A stretch of DNA of 64,000 nt from NCBI RefSeq assembly GCF_009834535.1, contig NC_045696.1:31994001-32058000 (forward strand), in the 5' to 3' direction. The number at the start of each line of letters is the position of its first letter. Positions within the stretch are counted from its first letter, which is position 1. A program made the position numbers and the translations under genes. The notes under the pieces are model-generated. The model was not told where the DNA came from and searched no databases. It worked only from the letters and a program-made list of their open reading frames with translations. The stretch is from Camelus ferus. Its lineage: Eukaryota. Below are positions 1 through 14,695 of this stretch, piece by piece.

Positions 1-1650
1 TACGTCTCAAAGAAATGACTCCCATGTTCTTTCTGACTTACTTCACTTAGAATGACAATCTCCAGGTCCATCCACGTTGCTGCAAATGGTATTATTTTAT
101 TTTTTATGATTGAGTAGTATTCCATTGTGTGTGTGTGTGTATATGTATGTGTGTGTGTATATATATTCATGCATATATATATATACACATATGTGTATAT
201 ATATATATGTATATATATATAAAAATCTCACATCTTCTTGATCCAGTCATCTGTTTATGGACATTTAGGTTGTTTCCCTGTCTTGACTATTGTAAATAGT
301 GCTGCTGTAAACATTGGGGTGCATGTATTTTTTTGAATTAGAGTTTCCTCTGGATATATGCCCAGGAGTGGGATTGCTGGATCATATGTAAGTCTGTCTT
401 TTAGTTTTTTGAGGAATCTCCATACTGTCCTCTGTAGTGGCTGCACCAATTTACATTCCCACCAACAGTGTAGGAGGGTTCCCTTTTCTCCACACCCTCT
501 CCAGCATTTATCACTTTGTGGACTTTTTAATGGTGGCCATTCTGACAGGTGTGAGGTGATATCTCATTGTAGTTTCGATTTGCCTTTCTCTGACAATTAG
601 TGATGTTGAGTATCTTTTCATATGCTTGTTGTCCCTCTGGATGTCTTCTTTGGAGACATGTCTATTTAAGTCTTCTGCCTATTTTTTGATTGGGTTGCTT
701 GTTTTTGTTTTTGTTTTTGTTTTTTTTCTTGATTCTTAAGTTGTATGAGCTGTTTGTATATTTTGGAAATTAATCCCTTGTCAATCACATCATATGCAAT
801 CATTTTTCTTCCATTCTGTGAGTTGTCTTTTTGTTTCGCTAATGGTAACCTTAGCTGTGCAAAAGCTTTTAAGTTTAATTAGATTACATTTGTTTATTTT
901 TGCTTTTATTTCCATGACTCTAGGAGCTGGTTCAAAAAAATATTGCTGTGATGTAGGTCAAAGAGTGTTCTGCCTATGTTTTCCTCTAGGAGTTATATAG
1001 TATTTGGCCTTACATTTAGGTCTTTAATCCATTTTGAGTTTATTTTTGTATGTTGTGTTAGAGAATGTTCTAATTTCAAACATTTCTATGTAGCTGTCGA
1101 GTTTTCCCAGCACTACTTGTTGGAGAGTCTTTTCTCCTTGTATATTCTTGCCTCTTTTGTCATTGATAAATTGACCATAGTTTGTGGATTTATTTCTGGA
1201 CTTTCTATGCTGTTTCATTTACCTATGTGTCTGTTTTTGTACGTACTATACTATTTTGATTACTGTAGCTTTGTAGTATAGTCTAAAGTCAGGGATCATG
1301 ATTCCTACAGCTCCATTTTCCCTTTTCAAGACTGTTTTGGCTACTTAGGGTCTTTTGTGTTTTAAACAAAATTTAAAAGTTTTTATTCCAGCTCTGAGAA
1401 AAATGTCATTGGTAATTTAATAGGGATTGCATTGAATCTTTATATTGCCTTGGATAGTATGGCCATTTTAACAATATTGATTATTACAATCCAAGAACAC
1501 AGTAGATCTTTCCATCTGTTCGTGTTGTCTTCAATTACTTTCATCAATGTCTTACAGTTTTTGGAGTACAAGTCCTCTGGTTCCTTGGGTAGGTTTATTC
1601 CTACATATTTTATTCTTTTTGGTGCAATGGTAAATGAGATGGTTTTCCAG
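1..1650 (-). mobile_element. LINE-1 3' part (ORF2 C-terminus + 3'UTR), 5'-truncated
   Basis: ORF 255-449(-) ..[32 protein letters not shown] is the L1 ORF2 C-terminal motif. A (TG)n/(TA)n microsatellite lies at ~127-220. Confidence 0.95.
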
Positions 1651-2009
1651 GAGATATTTTTAATAGAAGAAAGTAAAAAGTAGAGGAGTGTTTATAACAT
1701 GTATAAATTTTATGTAATTAAAAAAAGGAAGGTAATAAAAATATTTTTTCATACTCACTTATTTTACATAGTGAAACACTGAAAGACTACACAATATATT
1801 AGAAGAGTAATTATTTTAGGAAATAGAATGGGAGAAATTTGGTAGAAAGAGAAACAGGTACAATCAAATTTTCTCCATGTATATATTTTACTTAAATTTG
1901 ATCCATGTAAATATATTACCAAATAAAAAATAAAATTTAACTTAATAAAAATTAAATGAATCTTCTTGGAACCATGTGCCCACTTAAGCCTTAAGTAAGA
2001 GAAAGAAAA

Positions 2010-2620
2010 TTTGTGTTAATTTCTGGTGTACAGCATAGTGATTCAGATATGTGTATGTGTGTATATATATTCCTTTGCATATTCTTTTTCATTATAGGCT
2101 ATTACAAATATTCAGTTTAGTTCTCTCTGGTACATAGTAGGACCTTGTTGTTTATCTATTTTATATATAATAGTTAGTATCTGAAAATCCCAAACTCCCA
2201 ATTTATCCCTCCACTCTCCCCTTTCCCTCTGGTAACCATAAGTTTGTTTTCTGACTATGAGTCTGTTTCTGCTTTATAAATAAATTTGCTTGTGTCTCTT
2301 TTTTTTTATTTCAGTTTCCACCTATAAGTGATATCATGTGGTATTTTTCTCTTTCTGGCTTGCTTCACTTAGAGTGATGATCTCTAGGTCCATCCATGTT
2401 GCTGCAAGTGGCATTATTTTATTCTTTCTCATGGCTGAGTAGTATTCCATTGTATAAATATACCACATCTTCTTTATCCAGTCATCTGTTGATGGACATT
2501 TAGAATGTTTCCATGTCTTGTCTGTTGTAAATAGTGCTGCTCTGAACATTGAATTTATCTTTTTGAATTAGAGTTTCCTTCAGATACATGCCCAGGAGTG
2601 GGATTGCTGGATCATAGCAA
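2010..2620 (-). mobile_element. LINE-1 3' end fragment
   Basis: ORF 2334-2549 KCPSTDDWIKKMWYIYTMEYYSA..MPLAATWMDLE is the ORF2 C-terminus. Confidence 0.95.
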
Positions 2621-2699
2621 ACCCACTCCTGGGTATATATTGCTTTTAAAATATTGTCTCTTATTTTTATCCCTCCTCTGTTCACTAACTTGTGATGAT

Positions 2700-2830
2700 A
2701 TTCATTTGTTAACTTAATAAGTATTTATCAAGCATCTAGTTCTTACCAGACACTATGATAGATCCTGGGATAGGTGAATAGGACAGACAGGATTCCTATT
2801 CTCATGGAGCTTATAACCTAATTTCTAAAA
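2700..2830 (-). mobile_element. L2 3' fragment
   Basis: ttcatt..aagtatttatcaagcatctagttc..ctcatggagcttata matches the antisense L2 tail. Confidence 0.6.
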
Positions 2831-3529
2831 AGAGAAGGAAAAATAGCAATTTCCAAGTGAGGTTAATTCACTGAAAGAAATATACTGGGGAAAAAGAAGA
2901 GTACAAATGGGATTTTTATTCAACTCTGGGGTTCAGTCAGTAAAGGAATCAATTTTTAGAGCAGTGATAATTTAAACTTTTGATGTTATTGGTTATTTGA
3001 AAATTCTAAGCATGGGCAGTACATTAAACTGTATATAAATTACTAAGGATATCTGTATTAGGAAAGTTTACATGGAAAGGAGCAGAATGTCTTTGAAATC
3101 TCCTTTAATCGGATTCCAGCTAAGCATGAGCCAAAATTTTTATTTCTTAAGCTAAAATCTAAAGAGGCTTGCACTTCCTTTTTATTATGTAATAAAAAAT
3201 GCATTTTCAGAAACTGCATAAATTAGTTTTCAAGTAAATATATGTATTCTCATAGCTATGTAATATTTCATTAGCTGATATATTTAAATTGATATTTTGT
3301 ATAAGTTAAATGCATACGTATTCTAGTTGCATTATATAATACTTCACATAAAATTCCTTGAGTAGTTATTTATAGAGATTTACTTTTTCATTTATGCCAT
3401 TTAAAAATTATATTTTCACTTGAAAACAGTCAATTTAAAAATAACTTTTATTATTTAAAGCATATGTATTAAAAAGAGGTATAAAACACAAAAAATAATA
3501 ATAAACTCTTACATACAAGTCACCCTGTT

Positions 3530-5100
3530 TAAGGGACAAAGTAGTCTCATTGCCTTTAACATCTTCTTTGTACCCGCTTTTCCCCTATCCCTTCTCCTTT
3601 CTTTTAGGAGGTACCTCTATCATGACTTTTAGATTTATTTTTCATATGCTTTAGAAAAACATTATCACTCATTTTGAGATTTTAAACAGTTCTTTGTTTA
3701 TTTCACATGCTTCTAAAATTTATTAAAATATAATTAAATTGTATATATTTATCAAAGACTTGCTTTTTTAGCTCAACTTGAGTTTTTTGAACTTAAGGTT
3801 TTCCCCTCTATGTTACTGCAGGTAGTTGAAGTTCATTCATTTATATTGCTATACAGTGTTACACTGTATAGATGTATATGCCTCTTGGAGTAGGTATATA
3901 AGAGGGTCTTCCAGATAAATATTGAGGATTTAAATTTCTAGTCATTGGACAGACATGTCATCGATTTATTTTCGTAATGCCAAGTAGTTTTCCAAAGTGT
4001 TAATTTACCTGCCCTCCTGCCAGCAATAAAAAGTTCTGTCATTTCACATCATCACCAATATTTGATATTTGAAGGCTATTAATTTTTACAATGATGTAGT
4101 TATATGTAAAATAGTGCTACATTATGATTTTAGTTTGTATTTTCACATTGCTAATACATTTGAGCATATTTTTGTTGTTTTAATGAAGATTCAGATTTCT
4201 CCTATTAGAGCAGTTTGAGTATATTGTTTGTTTTATAATTTTTTCTTTCTCTTATTTTTTGTAGATTTTTTCATTACATATTCTGAATTATCTTCATTTG
4301 TCATTTTTATGTATTAAAATAATTTTTCTTAATCAGAAATTATCATTTTCATTTTTTATGGTCTTTTGATAAACAACTGTTTACTTATGTAGTCATATCA
4401 CATATTCAGTGTTTTCTTTTGTTTGTTTGTTTTTGTTTTGTGTCAACTTTTTTTTGCTATGTTCAGTTTATAAATATATTCCCCTGAAATGACTTCTAAA
4501 AGTTTTATAATTCAATTTTTTACATTTGTCCTATTCCACCTGGAATTGATTTTACTTTATAGAGTAATGTTGGGGAGAGATCCAATTTCACTTTTTTCTT
4601 ATTTGAATACCAAGTTGACAAATAATTTAATAATGATTTAGGTTACTTTGGTGTAATCTTGCCTCTGAGGGACAAGCCAAAGTTCCAGGAGTCTCCTGCC
4701 TAGTAGATTTAAAGGGTGTATTTTACTTCAGAATCTAACTTTTGACATGTGGTTGCTATTTTTTGGTTTGTTTTTGACCCTCCTAAACCTATTACTCTCT
4801 CCAATTTATATGCTATTGACATCTATTTAGTTCAATCTTTCTTTTAACACCATAATTCATAACTATTATTTTTTTTTCAGTCATAATGTTTGTTTTGATT
4901 TGTATACTTATTAACTAATCTCTTAGTTCTTTATTCCTTCTGGAATATTATACCATATAATGTGAGATTGTTTTTCTTCTGCTTGAAGTTTAACTTTAGG
5001 ATTGTGTGTATCTGGATTCTTGGTGAGTCTTATTCTGTTGTTTGTTGATTCTTGGATTGTCACTCTTCTGTGCTTTGTAGATTTTATGCTTTGTGACTTT
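3530..5100 (-). mobile_element. Old L1 (L1M-type) fragments
   Basis: Degraded, T-rich antisense L1 3'/ORF2 motifs (ccacctggaattgattttac, gatccaatttcac). Confidence 0.55.
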
Positions 5101-5871
5101 TCCCCATTTTTCTCTTTGGGAATTCTTTGATCCTTGGGAGAGGATTCTTTCAGAGAGATTTTTAAATCAAGAAATGAGGTGCAGTAAAAAGTCCTGAACC
5201 ACTTTAAAATAGTTGCATTTTTTTTGTTTGTTTTTAATCATCAGATATAGTGTTTCTTTTTGAATTTTATTGAATTGTGAGAGCTAGGGTGTGGTTATGA
5301 ACAATCTAGGAAGAAGGGAGGCTAAGTCTCACACCAACATTCCTACGCAAAAAATACTAACAAAAACAAAACAGAAACTGAAAATAATTGGTAACATATT
5401 TAACTATAGTTATTTATTAAATGCATTCATAATATCATAGATAAATACACAACAGTTATGTCAAAAACTAAGTGAAAATGAGAAGTCAGTGATGTAGGTG
5501 GTTCCCTAAAGTTATTTTTTGCCCACTTGAGAGAGCTTCCAGTTTGGTTTCCAGACTTTATGTTTCTTACAAGACAGAAGGTAAACACAAGGTCTGCTGT
5601 CAGTTTGGATCCTCCTAGAAATATATAAAGATAATACAAACAACTGTGAGAGATAAGTAGGGGAAGGAGTAGAAATAGACAAGGTGACTCTCTTATTTCC
5701 CTCGGCTCTGTCATTGACTGAGAGGAGCCCATGAAGTTCAGTCTCATGAACATGGTGACTAATCTGAGGTATGGTAGCTGGAGGCTATCAGCTAAATACA
5801 GTCATTGCAGCAAGTTCTCCTGAAGTGATATCTGAGCAGGACACCTTCATGGTTACCATACCTAACCAACA

Positions 5872-6720
5872 TGTAGTGGCTATGACATTATAAAAAATAC
5901 ATATTTGGTCTCTGTCCCTAGTTCCTGACAGAGACCTCCTAAACCTTTGTAATTTTCTGAGTAATGTGGTGAGAAGAGTCTTACACAAAACTCCAAAATC
6001 CTTTGAAATTTCCAGGGCAATAGGAATGTCTTGTTCAAATTAGGAAACCCTTGGTGGACTCCTGGATAGTTCCAGAATAAGGGCTAATGACTTAGCATGA
6101 ATAGAAACTTTGAAGTATCGGTCCCATCACTTTATTCTCTCTCTAGGAAGGAGAGAGAGGCTGGAGACTGAGTTTATAATTGATCATGCCTATATGATGA
6201 AGCTTCCATAAAAATCCCTAAATTTTATGGGGTTCAGAGAGCTTCCAGGTTTATGAATACATCCACATGCCAGGAGGGTGGTGTACCCCTAGTTCTATAA
6301 GGATAGATATTACTGCTTTGGGGACTCTTTTTGGACCTAACCCTGTATACTCTTCATCTGGCTGTTTGTTTATATCCTTTATTATATCCTTCATAATAAA
6401 CTGGTAATACTGAGTAAAAAGTGTTTCCATGAGTTCTGTGAGCCATTAAACCAAATTATCAAACCTGAGGGGAGTGTCATGGGAACTACTGATTTGTAGC
6501 CAGTTCAGACAGAAGTGTGGGTAACCTGGACCTGCTACTTGACTGACATCTGAAATGGGACACTCTGAGCTCTTAACCTGAGGGGTCTGCTTTAACTCCA
6601 GGTAGTTAGTATCAGAATTGAATTAAAATGTAAGACACCCTGTTGGTGTCTGCAAAAAATTGGAGAATTATTTACTATATGTGAAAAATCCATGCATTTG
6701 GTGGCAGAAGTGTTGTCAGT
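5872..6720 (+). mobile_element. MER21-like ERVL solo LTR
   Basis: TG start; atatttggtctctgtccctagttcctgacagag; aataaactggta..gtgtttccatgagttctgtgagccatt; ends catttggtggcagaagtgttg. Confidence 0.8.
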
Positions 6721-7597
6721 TGAGAAGAAAATTTAGGGTCAAAATATACCCCCATAAACCTGGGATTCCCCAGAAAATGCATAGTGTCTGTAAGGATGAA
6801 ATAGGAATTATATTCCACCCCCAGTCATAGAAATGAATAAATACCCAGATTCTTGTCATTGAGTGGAGGGGAGAAAATAATTCTAAAATAGAGTTTCTCA
6901 CTGTATTGATAATCAAATGTCATTTATATGTATATAAATACATATATACATATAAATACAATGCATATATATATATGTATATACACCCACACATACACGT
7001 ATATGTATGTTTTGGAGACAGACATTATTCCTCTTCCAAGATTCCATAATAAGATCATGCATTATGGTTGCATATTTGTTTAAAAGGTTGTAAGCATTCA
7101 AAAAGCAAGGACAGTAGCATTGAATTTCTCTCATTATCTTGCCTGGTGCTGGGCCCAGAGCAGATGTGAGGTAAATGACTTAGGTGGAGAACATGGATCA
7201 TTTGCGCCAGAAGCAGCGGTAGTGTTTGGGGAAAAGGTCATAGCTGAATGCCCTGAAGAATTTTTCTTGTCCCTAGCAGGGGATGCTGCAATAATTGTAC
7301 AATGTGAAGAAACTACTTAGCACACTGGAAATTGGGGAGATTTTGTTAACAGAGACTGGTGTCCTGGTTGCTGAGTTATAACTGGAGGAAAAACACTGAG
7401 TGTGTTTGAGGACAACCACTCCTCCTTGTTCTGTGAGAGGGAATTGTGTTTGTTACTTGAGACTTCATGGCCAGGAAGGGAGTACTCTGAAGCATTTCAT
7501 ATTTTCCTAACTTCTTTTCTTATCCAAAGATTTAAGGATTTATAGGAAGTATATTCAATTGTAATACTGTCAAGAAAACAAATAAACAAAAATAATG

Positions 7598-7812
7598 ACT
7601 CTGGATCCAGACTGCCTGGGTTTATATCCCAACTCAGTTCTAATTAGCTGTAAACTTACAGCAATCCCTTATCCTGTGATGCCCTTATTTTCTTATGTGT
7701 ACAATGGGAATACTCAAAAATCTTACCTAACATAGTCATTGACAATGTAGATGAGTTACTATAGATAAAGTATTTAGGTTAGATCTTAGCACAATATTAG
7801 CATACTAACATT
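7598..7812 (+). mobile_element. MIR SINE
   Basis: gactctggatccagactgcctgggtttatatccc..ttttcttatgtgtacaatggga is the MIR core. Confidence 0.75.
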
Positions 7813-7899
7813 ATCTCTGCTTTCTCACCTGGACACCAATAAATTGAGGGGAAGGGAGTGTATTATCATTTCTTAATGTTCCATAATGTGACATAATAA

Positions 7900-8130
7900 T
7901 AGTAACAATAACAATAATAGACAAAATTTATTAACATCTTATTGTATGTCAGTCACTGTGATTTTATATTTATTATCTCATTCCCCCATCACAGTAAGGC
8001 TAGTTAATCTGTCCATCTTACAGATGAAGAGACTGATGATTAGAGAGGTTTATTACCTTGCTTAAAAGGTAATAAGTAATGAAGTTAAAATTCCAACTCA
8101 GTCTAACTTCTGAGTACTCTTTAGAAATCA
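7900..8130 (-). mobile_element. MIR SINE
   Basis: catcttacagatgaagagactga..agagaggtttattaccttgc matches the antisense MIR core. Confidence 0.7.
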
Positions 8131-8889
8131 CTTTGCTATGCTACCTTAAAAAGAACAGAATTTGATAAACCATGCATTGAAAAGATGAAAGAAGAAATGA
8201 AGTTTCAATATAGCATCATCTATTTTCACAAAATAGATGTACTTCATGGATTGGTTTAGTGATGATAATGACTTCACATTCATTTTAGCATTGGGAAATG
8301 TGTTTTTTCAGTGCCTTTCCCAGGTGCTATAGAGCCATGGTATCCATAAGGCAAAATAAAATGTGGTACCCTAGTATCTGTTTCTTTAATTGAGCTTTTA
8401 AAATATATATCATTTGAATGAAATTATAATGATTTCATTAACCTATTGTGCCCTTTCTCAAATATGATGACTATAAATGTGATAGGAAATTAAATTGTCC
8501 ATCGCTGGAGGAAAGCAATCAAGCTAGATTGACCAATATGCTTACTTGCTTGTCTGGCAACTTTTCCCCCTAGATAGCAAAGCTGTAAGTAGAGAATCGT
8601 TATAAATATCTATTTGTCTATCTATGAAGAAATTAAATCGTGAAAACTCAGGCCTAGAATTTTAATGAATCAATTTTTCAGAAGGAAATCTCAAATTTTT
8701 ATTTCTGAGGGATTTCCAGTTTAATTGTGACAATAAAACATTCTGGCTTACTTTATTATATATAAAAGATGATAGATATAAATTCAGTGATTTTGGTGGC
8801 AAGCTTAAAATGCATTCCCAAATACCAAATATTTTATTATGAAAAGATTTTAAAATATAGGGGGAAAAAAGAGACTATTAAGCACTCAC

Positions 8890-8974
8890 AGGTGTGTAGG
8901 TTCATTTGCTGGATGCCGTACAAGCCAGCTGCTGTGTGAGCTACGAGGACTTGCAGATTTAGTTATTTTGTCAT
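8890..8974 (-). other. Candidate spliced exon (85 nt) of an unidentified transcript
   Basis: On the minus strand: ttacttcttcattcttaaAG acceptor, 85 nt with retained CpGs, then a GTGAGT donor. One open frame (DKITKSASPRSSHSSWLVRHPANEPTH). Not recognised. Confidence 0.25.
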
Positions 8975-10411
8975 CTTTAAGAATGAAGAAGTAACATGCA
9001 GATATTTTAGCATACAGATATCATAGAGAAAAAAGAAACGATTAAGTAATGTTATACTGGAAAGAAAGAATATAAAGTAGCAATCAAATAAAAGTCAGAG
9101 ATGCACTTCATTGTTTAGGAGAGTACAACAAAATATTCTCTCCCTCTTCCTTTCTCACCCCCCCTCCCCATGCACACACGCACACACAAGATCATGACCT
9201 GCGGTTGGAAAACAAAGAACTCTGACTTAGTTTGAAGCTGGCATACACACCCTATTTACAGATGTAGCCTTTATGGGGATAAGAATTACAGAGAATCATA
9301 CCTCACAAAATGAAAAATTTTATTTCTAAAAGGATGTTGAAAATTTTATTACCCTATATAGTAGATGACAATTTAACTCACCCTGAAGGCCACCTTCTCA
9401 AATACTTACTTACTTTTGTCCTTGCCTTCCAGTATCATTCACTCCTTTCTATCCATTTTTTAAAAGTACTCACCAAGGAACCGTTTGTCAAAACAACTGG
9501 AGCAAATGGCAAAGAAAGCAGTTGGAAAATTAAAATTGGATTTTTGTGTATGTGTTGAAAGAATTTTAGGCTTATTTGCAAATAAGTAATCTCTGCACAT
9601 GTATGTGAACATGATCTAAATATAATCCTGAATTATACTTCTTGTTTAAGTGATTCATTATTTTGTTAATGCTGAGGAAAGAAATTACTTCTATGTCTTC
9701 TTCCAGTAAAAATAGTTATACCCTGAATTACTATGTTGTCTTCTTTTTCAACACACACGTGCACACAGGAAGACCCAAGTTTTTGGTGAAGAGATATCCT
9801 GAGATTTGATGTGTAAACAAGTGTTTTACCCTCTTGTTTTGCTCTTTTCTGGCACTATGAGTTCACATTATATTTTAGTATGTGTTATATTATAATTAAC
9901 AGTCTACTCCAAAGCCAGCTTAAAATTTTTCTTGTTTATAGAAAGGAACTTTTTTTTTTCTCTGTAACAACGTTAGTAACTACAACTGCTGTTTGAAAAT
10001 AGCAGGAATAGGCAACCATTTACCTGTTGATATGATGTTGGAAGACATCTTCCCGTAGAATACCTATTATAAATGGTAGTTAGGGACACAGGCCTCACCA
10101 AGAAGTCCATGTAAATGACCTTAGAGTCAAATTAATGTCAAAATTGTAATAGCCTGTATTTTGAGTGTTACGAGTAGCTGCCCAGAACTTCTAGGAGGAT
10201 GCTGTTTTCTCCTCATTTTCTCCCCTGGCAACAACCTAAGGCACAATTTTGAAATAGGACAAGTTAACCCTGGCAATGACAGTCCCAGTCTCCAATTCTC
10301 TTGCAAATGTTGGTGCTTTCCTTCCCTGTATTCATTATATTTATTCAGGTCCCTACTTTGGGAATAAGGAAGAAAAGCTCTGACATATCTATATAATCCA
10401 CATTCAAAATA

Positions 10412-10675
10412 ATTGCAAACCTGGAGATTGTCACTCTAAGTGAAGTAAGCCAGAAAGAGAAAAAAATACCATATGCTATCACTTATATGTGGAGTCTAAA
10501 AAAAAAAAAAGACAAACAAACTTATTTACAAAACAGAAACAGACTCACAGACATAGAAAACAAACTATGGTTACTAGAGGGGAAAGGGAGTGGGAAGGGA
10601 TGAACTGGGAGTATGAGATTTGCAGATACTAATACATATATAATAGATAAACAACACGGTCATACTGTATAGCAC
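10412..10675 (+). mobile_element. LINE-1 3'UTR fragment
   Basis: cctggagattgtcactctaagtgaagtaagccagaaagag..acagactcacagacatagaaaacaaactatgg; same family as the copy at 17.9-18.4 kb. Confidence 0.9.
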
Positions 10676-13600
10676 CACTTTTCTGGCTAGTCCTTCTCTT
10701 GATGATTCTGTATCTCTAAGTATGATACTTTCCTAATTTTCCTTTTTTAAGTCTTAGGCTTTATACTCTATGCTGTCATCTACTTCACTATATCCTTTCG
10801 TAATTTCTTCCTTCAAAAAAATTTTATCTTCAGTAAAGCACTCTCATTCCCTCATTCCTTCACATGAGCTCGTGAAATTTGAAGTTTGTTCCCCAAAGAA
10901 TTATTACAGTTCACTTTAAAACATACAGACACAATAATAAATTGTAGAGTCCTCCTTTCCACAGGTAGGTGGCCCTCTTTTAAATTGTCCCTGTGTTTCC
11001 AGTGGAACCTGAAAAAAGCCCCTGGCAGAAGAGCCACATCTCTGTGGGGGGACCACATTGAACTAAGGCACAAAAAACTGTCACTGGAAGCTGTTCACCC
11101 AGCCTTGTCCCATTTTCTAATAGTGAATGTTTCCTTAATTTCTTCACTTACTTTTCCGTTCCATGTCTTATTTTATTTTGCACCATATTCCTCTTCATAA
11201 AGTGCAGGCCAATACTTCTCCTTGAGTCAGTCTCTGCATTGTCACATATTATAGCACCACGTTTGCATGTGGGACCACATTTATGGTTTTGCTACTGTGA
11301 TCTGCTTAAGCGTACTTCCTACAGCTCTCTGGAGAACACTATTCGTATTTGTCTACCTCCTGTGCTTCTCCTGTAACTGGAAGAGCAGTGTCATCCGCAT
11401 GAAATAATATTCATTTCAGAGTATAGATTAGCAGCCCATTTTCATGTGCCTATTTTACTTCCTGGGAAATGTCTAAAAATCTTCTTGTAAAAAGTGTTCT
11501 GACCGTACACACAGAGAGAAGCTAGAAAAGCAGTCTTGTCTCATTTCTCTGGCACCTTGAGTTACACACCCTTCACACACATTCCCCCACCGCTGGATAT
11601 GGGCTGCTGACGGTGTTGCTGGGAAATGTCTTCACATATTTCAACAACGATCAGACAGATGGTCTTAAAGAGAAACTATTTGTGTTGTTGTTGTGTTCCT
11701 GATCAAACATTTGCTTCATTGAAATAAAATTAATGTTCTTCCCACTTTCCTCTTAAAGCCTGATAATCGCTTCAGATTCTCCAACCCAACAGCTTTTCCG
11801 CTTCTACCATGGTGCCCACTGCTACGAAAAATCTAAAAATCCATATCTTGTTTCATAGTCTCTGATTTTTAATACATATCTTTCAATTCTTAAAAAAAAA
11901 TTAACTCAGGATGTACTCAGGATGACCATTCTCAAATATTGTAGTAAATAATATCTCAAATGTGCTTAATTTAACAGCAATAGTTCATTAGAGTACTTTC
12001 TTCCTTGAACTCTCTTCTTGAACTGTGATAGTTTCCAGTAAATTATTTACTTTTTGTTGGCACCTTGAATCAGCTCAGATTCCTTCTTCTTTCTTGTTTC
12101 TGAAGGTTTTTTGTTTGTTTTTTGTTTTTTTAATAAAGATCAGTCCCATTATTTAGGGAACACAAGCATTGCCATTGTTTTCATTAGTGCCAACTTAACC
12201 TGTGACTTTTCACTCTCCACTACTCTGTCTTATTTCCTCTACACAACCTCAGATGTCTATGGGAGGGAAGTGTCTTTATTTTTATCTGGCTTTCTCTTTC
12301 TTCTCTCATCACCCTGGCTCTCTTTACAGGCCTGTTATTTCTGTGTGGATCTCTGCTTCCACATCCTCACTCTGGCTTTCTCAGTCTGTGTACTCCTTTA
12401 AAGATTTCTACAGCTATTTGCTCTTTAAAGCTATTGGCTTGATTCCTTCCCTGGGGAGTTTTCTTCATATCATTTTTATAATATGAGCCACCACTTTGTG
12501 ACATCTGGAAAGGTGAGCAGGAATTCTCTATCCTTGATCATCCCTCTTACATTTTTTAATTTCTTCTTGTTCTCAAAGGGATATTCTCAACCTCTAAATA
12601 TCTCTGCCAAATTCTTCAGCTTTTGAGAAATTAATTTCAGCTATTACTATGGCAGGATCAGAAAACCTAATATCTTTCACATTGCGTTATACAACCTCTA
12701 TTTTTCCTTGTATAAAAATACCATCAGTGTCTCTGACCCACTTTTCCCAGAATTTTGGGGTAAATATTCACAACTATAGCATGTGCATCTAAATTAGCAT
12801 CCTTCAACTTGGTATTACATATTGGCTTACACTTTCGACTTTATTGCCAAGTATTTTGGAGTTAGGAAGAACTCAAACTCTAGCCACTCATGAATTACAT
12901 GAAACCATATCTCAATTTTCTCTTGGAGAAATGGAGATATTATTAACTGTGAGTTTGGTTTTCTGTTGTTATTTCTGCTATTCTTGTCGCACGTCAAATG
13001 TGTTTATTACACGTGAGATTTCTAGCAAGATACTTAAATCTCTGACCTTTAATTTCCTCGTCTTTAAAATTAAAATAATACTTCCCTTGCAATGATGCTG
13101 CATGCATTAGCAATAATGATTGTAAAGTACCTAATATTCAGTAATAGGCAATGCTGGTGATGATGATGATTACCATCATCATAATTCATCTTTTAAAGTT
13201 TATTTTATTGCTATAGCATTTTTTTCTGAGAAGGAGCTAAAATTATCTCCTCCTATCAGTTTTTTTTTTAACACTATAAGTTATTATGTGCTTAAAAACA
13301 TTTATATTTGTTTTAGGCGAAGCAAAATTAATTTACAGTGTTTATTTTTTTCTCTCCATTTCTCGCCTTCGATCATACATTGTGCGGTTTGAATGTATGC
13401 CTTGCACATCCATAATATCCACCCTAACATGACAGACCAGTGCACAGAGTCCTGAATACAGACCCTTAACCTCAATACATCCTCCTCTTTGGATTGGATG
13501 TTGAGTTTTTTTAACTAATACATAGGGGTTTTTAAATTCCAATCCCTGCAAACTTTTTTCTTCCTTTATATGATATTTACTCAGTGCCCAGAGCATAGGT

Positions 13601-14199
13601 AGTATGCTAGCCACTGGGAATACGAAGGCGAAGATAATGTCGTTGCTCAAAAGATTTCACAAACCAGTGGGAAGTACACCCACATAAAACACATAATTAC
13701 ATTACAAAGTGATTTTATCATGTCTTTTGAGGTTCTCTTTGATCTCCTAGTTTTCATTCTATCTTTAGTTCTTCCCAAGTCTATCTTTTAACTCTTTTTC
13801 AAGTGCTATGCTAATTCTAGCTTTCTTCTAGGATTGGATTAAAATTATGAGGAGCCTTAGTTCTTTCCTCCTCTGCCTTTCTTTAAGTTACTAGATATAT
13901 ATTTTTAAAATTTTTTCCTTGTAGGTCACCTTTAAAAAATATAAAACTTTTCAAATAAAAACCATAGAGTATGATGCAATAAACTCTCATATACATATAA
14001 CATAAAATCAATAATTATAATTATTTTGTCATATATGCATCATTCAACCAAATCCCAGATATTGAAATAGTTTACCCTTAAACATACTATTTTGTATTTC
14101 CAACAAAAATTAATTTTCAAAACCCTAATATCATTACTCAACTAAAACAATTAATAACAATCATTCCAGTTATCTATTTTGCATAAAAATCTATCCTAA

Positions 14200-14695
14200 A
14201 TGTAGGAGTATTAAACAACAGCAGAATTATTATGTTCATGAATCTTTGTGTTAGGAAATTGGGCAGTGCTTGGCAAGGTGATTCTTTTGCTCCAATAAGA
14301 TTACTTAGTGGTACAAAGTTTGTGTCTAGAAGACACAAGGCCAGTTTAGAGGATTCAAGACTGTTTGATTCTTACGTCTCTTGCCTTAGCAGGGATGATC
14401 TGCTTTGAGGAATGGAATACTTATGTATATACCCTTTAGCATGACAGTCATCAGGTAGTTGGATTTCTTACATAGCGGTTGATTTCTCTTGGGTGACTAA
14501 CCCAGTATTTCCAGGCAGAAACACATGGCTTTTTTATTACCTGACTTCAGGAGTCACATACAGTTATTTCTGATGCACTCTTTTAGTCAAAGCATCAATA
14601 AGCCTGTCCAGATTCAGGAAGCGGGAACATCCACTCTAACTCTCTATGATAGGAGTGTCAAATAAATTTGAGGCTATGTTTTGAAACCACAACAG
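14200..14695 (-). mobile_element. MLT1 (MaLR) LTR
   Basis: aaacaaca..catgaatctttgtgttaggaaattgggcagtgcttggc..gagtcacatacagttatttctgatgcactc..aaaccacaaca. Confidence 0.75.
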
